A DNA stretch of 12,075 bases, from positions 1-12,075 of the forward strand of contig JBHGNT010001098.1 in the NCBI GenBank assembly GCA_043228905.1, read 5' to 3'. Source of the DNA: Azolla caroliniana (Eukaryota; Plantae; Polypodiophyta). The translations under genes and the position numbers were made by a program. A model generated the notes under the pieces. It worked only from the letters and a program-made list of their open reading frames with translations. It was not told the DNA's origin and did not search any database. Shown here one piece after another: positions 9,658 through 12,075 of this stretch (position 1 is the first letter of the stretch; every line of letters begins with the position of its first letter).

Positions 9658-9661
<4 letters not shown>

Positions 9662-9725
<64 letters not shown>
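9662..9725 (+). repeat. (CT)32 microsatellite within solo LTR
   Basis: 64 nt of perfect CT alternation. Confidence 0.98.
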
Positions 9726-9728
<3 letters not shown>

Positions 9729-9883
9729 CTATGCTCCTCTCTATCTATATATCTATCTTTCTCTCTTTGTTAATATTGAGCTCGCCTACTTGTCCTTGTC
9801 CTCGTCTACGTCCGTGACATTAGTATTAATAGTACTTCCCTTCTCCAGTACTAATTCTCTCTGTTTTAGTACTATTCTTGACT

Positions 9884-9895
9884 GTTTGAACCAAA
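9884..9895 (+). other. Putative non-tRNA (self-priming) primer binding site of E3
   Basis: GTTTGAACCAAA follows the inferred LTR end and lacks TGG. TTGAACCAA (9886-9894) is the exact reverse complement of TTGGTTCAA (9294-9302), 36 nt after the start of the TATA box. Confidence 0.6.
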
Positions 9896-9945
9896 ATTTC
9901 CCTCTGGTCTTCTTTTTGGTTTCCCTTATCCTCTTACCCCTTACT

Positions 9946-10513
9946 ATGGCTACTGTTAGCACCCAGAAATATCAATCCATTTTTTCTGAGCTACAGTGTC
10001 TAAAAGAAAAAATCGTTGCATAGGAACAAGAAAACCAATGGTTGTTAGGGGATCTTCAACAAATTGCTTTAGAGAAACAACAAATGCAGCAACAACATGG
10101 GAAGTTGCAACAGCAACATGGGGAGTTACCGTTACGCGTACAACAACTCAAAGCAACCATCGTACCGTTACAACAACAAGGATCAAGTCCCCAAGGACTT
10201 CATAAAGAGCCCAAGATTGGTTTTCCTGTGAAATTTGATGGAACGCGCTCACAATTTAGAGGATTCCTTAATCAGGTACGCTTAGTCATGGAAATGCATC
10301 CTTCCCGATACCCCATTGATGCATCCCAAGTAGGCCTAATAGGCACGTTGCTCAGCAGCTTAGCCTTGGCATGGTTCGCTCTGCTTTTGGAAAAACAATC
10401 TACCTTGCTTAATAACTTTAAAGACTTTATTTGCGAGTTTAAAGCTTGCTTTGGAGATACCGACAACATCAAGACAACGATCAACAAAATCCGACGATTG
10501 CATCAAGGCGATC
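9946..10513 (+). pseudogene. gag: E3 gag (N-terminal coiled coil plus PEG10/RTL1/sushi-like capsid), truncated by Copia insertion
   Basis: MATVSTQKY...KIVA*EQENQW...EPKIGFPVKFDGTRSQFRGFLNQVRLVMEMHPSRYP...ALAWF...FKACFGD...IRRLHQGD in one frame, with one TAG at 10021. Confidence 0.9.
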
Positions 10514-10867
10514 TGTTGAGTGACAAGCCCACATTGGGTGCGTAAAACATTACGCATAACGTAAGCTGTAGCGGTGTGTAAACCGCGAGACCGTTGGAAA
10601 GATATTCCGCGTAGGAATATATTTTGGGAGTTAGTGTAGAGCTCATTTATGAGCATTGAAGTACGTGTCAGTACTTTTATTAGTACGTATGGACTTGTAT
10701 AAAAGTGCTCATTGTGCACATCCTATATACAGATTGAGTATTATTTTTGAATTGAGTTTTGTGCTCTCTCTCTCTCTCTCCCGCGTACTGTGTATATTCT
10801 AGCTCTCCATTAAACCTGCGTTTCTGTGTTAGGTTTTCTATTGCTTCCGCACGCTATTCTTTTTACA
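10514..10867 (+). repeat. E4 5' LTR (354 bp)
   Basis: TGTTGAG start exactly where E3 gag breaks. TTTTACA end directly before the PBS. TATATA 10724-10729 and (CT)8 10764-10780. Confidence 0.88.
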
Positions 10868-10879
10868 TGGTATCAGAGC
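10868..10879 (+). other. Primer binding site complementary to tRNA-iMet 3' end
   Basis: TGGTATCAGAGC, the canonical plant iMet PBS, immediately after CA. Confidence 0.96.
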
Positions 10880-10956
10880 GCGAGGGTTGAGAACCTTTAT
10901 AGCCGAAATTAGCTCATAAAGAAAACCTAACCTTCGTAAAGAATAGGAAAAACAAA

Positions 10957-12075
10957 ATGGATAGAGGCATGGCTAGCTCTCTTCCAATAGAGAAGCTCGA
11001 CAGAAATAACTACGCATCTTGGTCCTACAAGATGCACCAGTACCTGCTTGGGCATAGTTACTGGAGCTATGTCGATGGATCAAATGACACAGCACTCGAT
11101 TCAATGCACAAAGATTTCCCAGCGTGGGAATAGTCAGCGAGCAGATTCCTCTACTGCTTCGCGTCTTGTGTGGGGCGAACAGCTTCTGAGCTATATTCAG
11201 GATGCGAAAACGCCGAAGAATGCTTGGGGAAATCTGAAAAAGATCTTCGCCGCAAGCACCACAATCAAGAAGCTTCAACTCCGACAGGAACTGAGCAACT
11301 TACGACAACGTGACTTGTCGGTGGCTGATTACACCTTGAAGATCAAAGAGATATGCGACTCCTTAGCCTCCTTAGCGGAATGCTGGTACTGTGGCAAAAA
11401 AGGCCACAAGGAGAGCGACTACTGGAAAAAGAAAGTCTATTCAGACAAAGCCGAATCGAGCCGAAGAGACATGTCAGAGATCGCACTACGCAGAAGGTTC
11501 TGAACGAGCTAGAAACAATTTGGGCCCAACCTTCGTAATGAAGCATAAGGCCAATTCTATGGCCGTGAACACCTCGAAATCAAGTGAGGTGGGGTATGTT
11601 GATTCCGGAGCGTTAAATCATATGACGAGTCATGAGGAATGGTTCTCGTACTTGGAGAAACCAAAATCGCAAGGAGTGGTCGAAACAAGAGACGACACTC
11701 CGCATACCATCGAACATGTCGGCGACGTTCCCCTCAGCCACGTCGGGCAGCAAGGGAAGCTCATGAACGTGTTGCACGTCCCGATAATAACGAAGAACCT
11801 AGTGTCGGTCGGTCAGATTGACGATCAAGGAATGCAGGTTCGATTCATGCATCTAGGGTGCTTCATAGAAGAGGAAGCCAAAGTGATTGCTCAAGGGCGC
11901 CGTGAAGGGAGGATATTTATCCGCAACACTAATCAAGCTGACACCGCGTTGTACGTGAAAGGACAAAAGGTTGAATCGGATATCAACTTGTGGCACAAGC
12001 GGTTTGGCCACGTAAATTTCCCACGACTTCGTGAGATGCAGTCGAAGAACATTATCTTCGGCTTGCGGAAATTTC
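10957..12075 (+). pseudogene. gag-pol: E4 gag-pol (gag with internal deletion, zinc knuckle, protease, pre-integrase)
   Basis: MDRGMASSLPIEKLDRNNYASWSYKMHQYL; stop at 11131; frameshift ~11175; KNAWGNLKKIF...LQLRQEL...SVADYTLKIKEICDSLAS; CWYCGKKGHKESDY; YVDSGALNHMT (D 11601); NVLHVPIITKNLVSVGQ; LWHKRFGHVNF. Confidence 0.93.

Larger units (their letters stand above)
9413..9819 (+). mobile_element. S: solo LTR (407 bp) inserted in the E3 LTR
   Basis: Termini TGTCATAGAC...GTCCGTGACA (8/10 inverted match, TG..CA). Identical 5-bp TTAGT on both sides (9408-9412 and 9820-9824). Orientation inferred from shared layout with the E3 LTR. Confidence 0.9.
9106..9883 (+). repeat. E3 5' LTR (~366 bp after removing the solo-LTR insertion and one TSD copy)
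   Basis: Starts TGTCATGA (9106). Probable end TCTTGAC(T) at 9876-9883, with the terminal CA apparently mutated. TATAAAA 9258-9264 and (CT)8 9372-9388. Same layout as solo LTR S. Confidence 0.65.
9106..10513 (+). mobile_element. E3: Ty3/Gypsy element with chromovirus-type (Tf1/sushi/Tcn1-like) gag; 5' LTR plus truncated gag
   Basis: LTR starting TGTCATGA, short leader, then gag with a PxKFDG motif. Interrupted by solo LTR S and by Copia E4. The lineage is inferred from gag only. Confidence 0.8.
10514..12075 (+). mobile_element. E4: Ty1/Copia LTR retrotransposon, 5' portion; continues beyond the right edge
   Basis: LTR, tRNA-iMet PBS, Copia gag, CCHC, DSGA protease, then the GAG-pre-integrase motif LWHKRFGHVN (integrase precedes RT). 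Confidence 0.95.

Noticed and set aside
9449-9817. 122-aa ORF with an LS repeat
   Set aside because: It lies wholly within the solo LTR and stays open because of the (CT)32 tract.
9820-9833. TTAGTATTAATAGT after ...CGTGACA as a decayed iMet PBS or self-priming site (weak pairing with 9768-9779), making 9413-9819 the 5' LTR of the downstream gag
   Set aside because: Its first five bases duplicate 9408-9412 exactly, so this is the TSD of a solo LTR followed by resumed host LTR sequence.

Overview
The window contains no host genes. It is a nested cluster of decayed plant LTR retrotransposons; a fern or other seed-free plant is my inference from element types and style. (E1) A minus-strand non-chromovirus Ty3/Gypsy element (5' LTR ~3084-3657, gag with three CCHC knuckles, protease, RT running off the left edge) is inserted head-to-head into the gag of (E2), a plus-strand relative (3658-~9105). 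E2 has lost its whole RT by an in-frame deletion, keeps RNase H and integrase, and carries a long extra ORF 3' of pol with a 124-bp triplication and a coiled-coil tail. (E3) A chromovirus-like Ty3 element (LTR ~9106-9883, gag 9946-10513) sits just after that ORF. Its LTR holds (S) a solo LTR at 9413-9819 with a perfect TTAGT target-site duplication, and its gag is cut by (E4) a Ty1/Copia element (LTR 10514-10867, tRNA-iMet PBS, gag, protease, pre-integrase). The most interesting signals are in the E3 and S LTRs: an antisense tRNA-like A-box/B-box module at the LTR 5' end, a long in-phase heat-shock element array before the TATA box, and a Tf1-style self-priming complementarity instead of a tRNA PBS.
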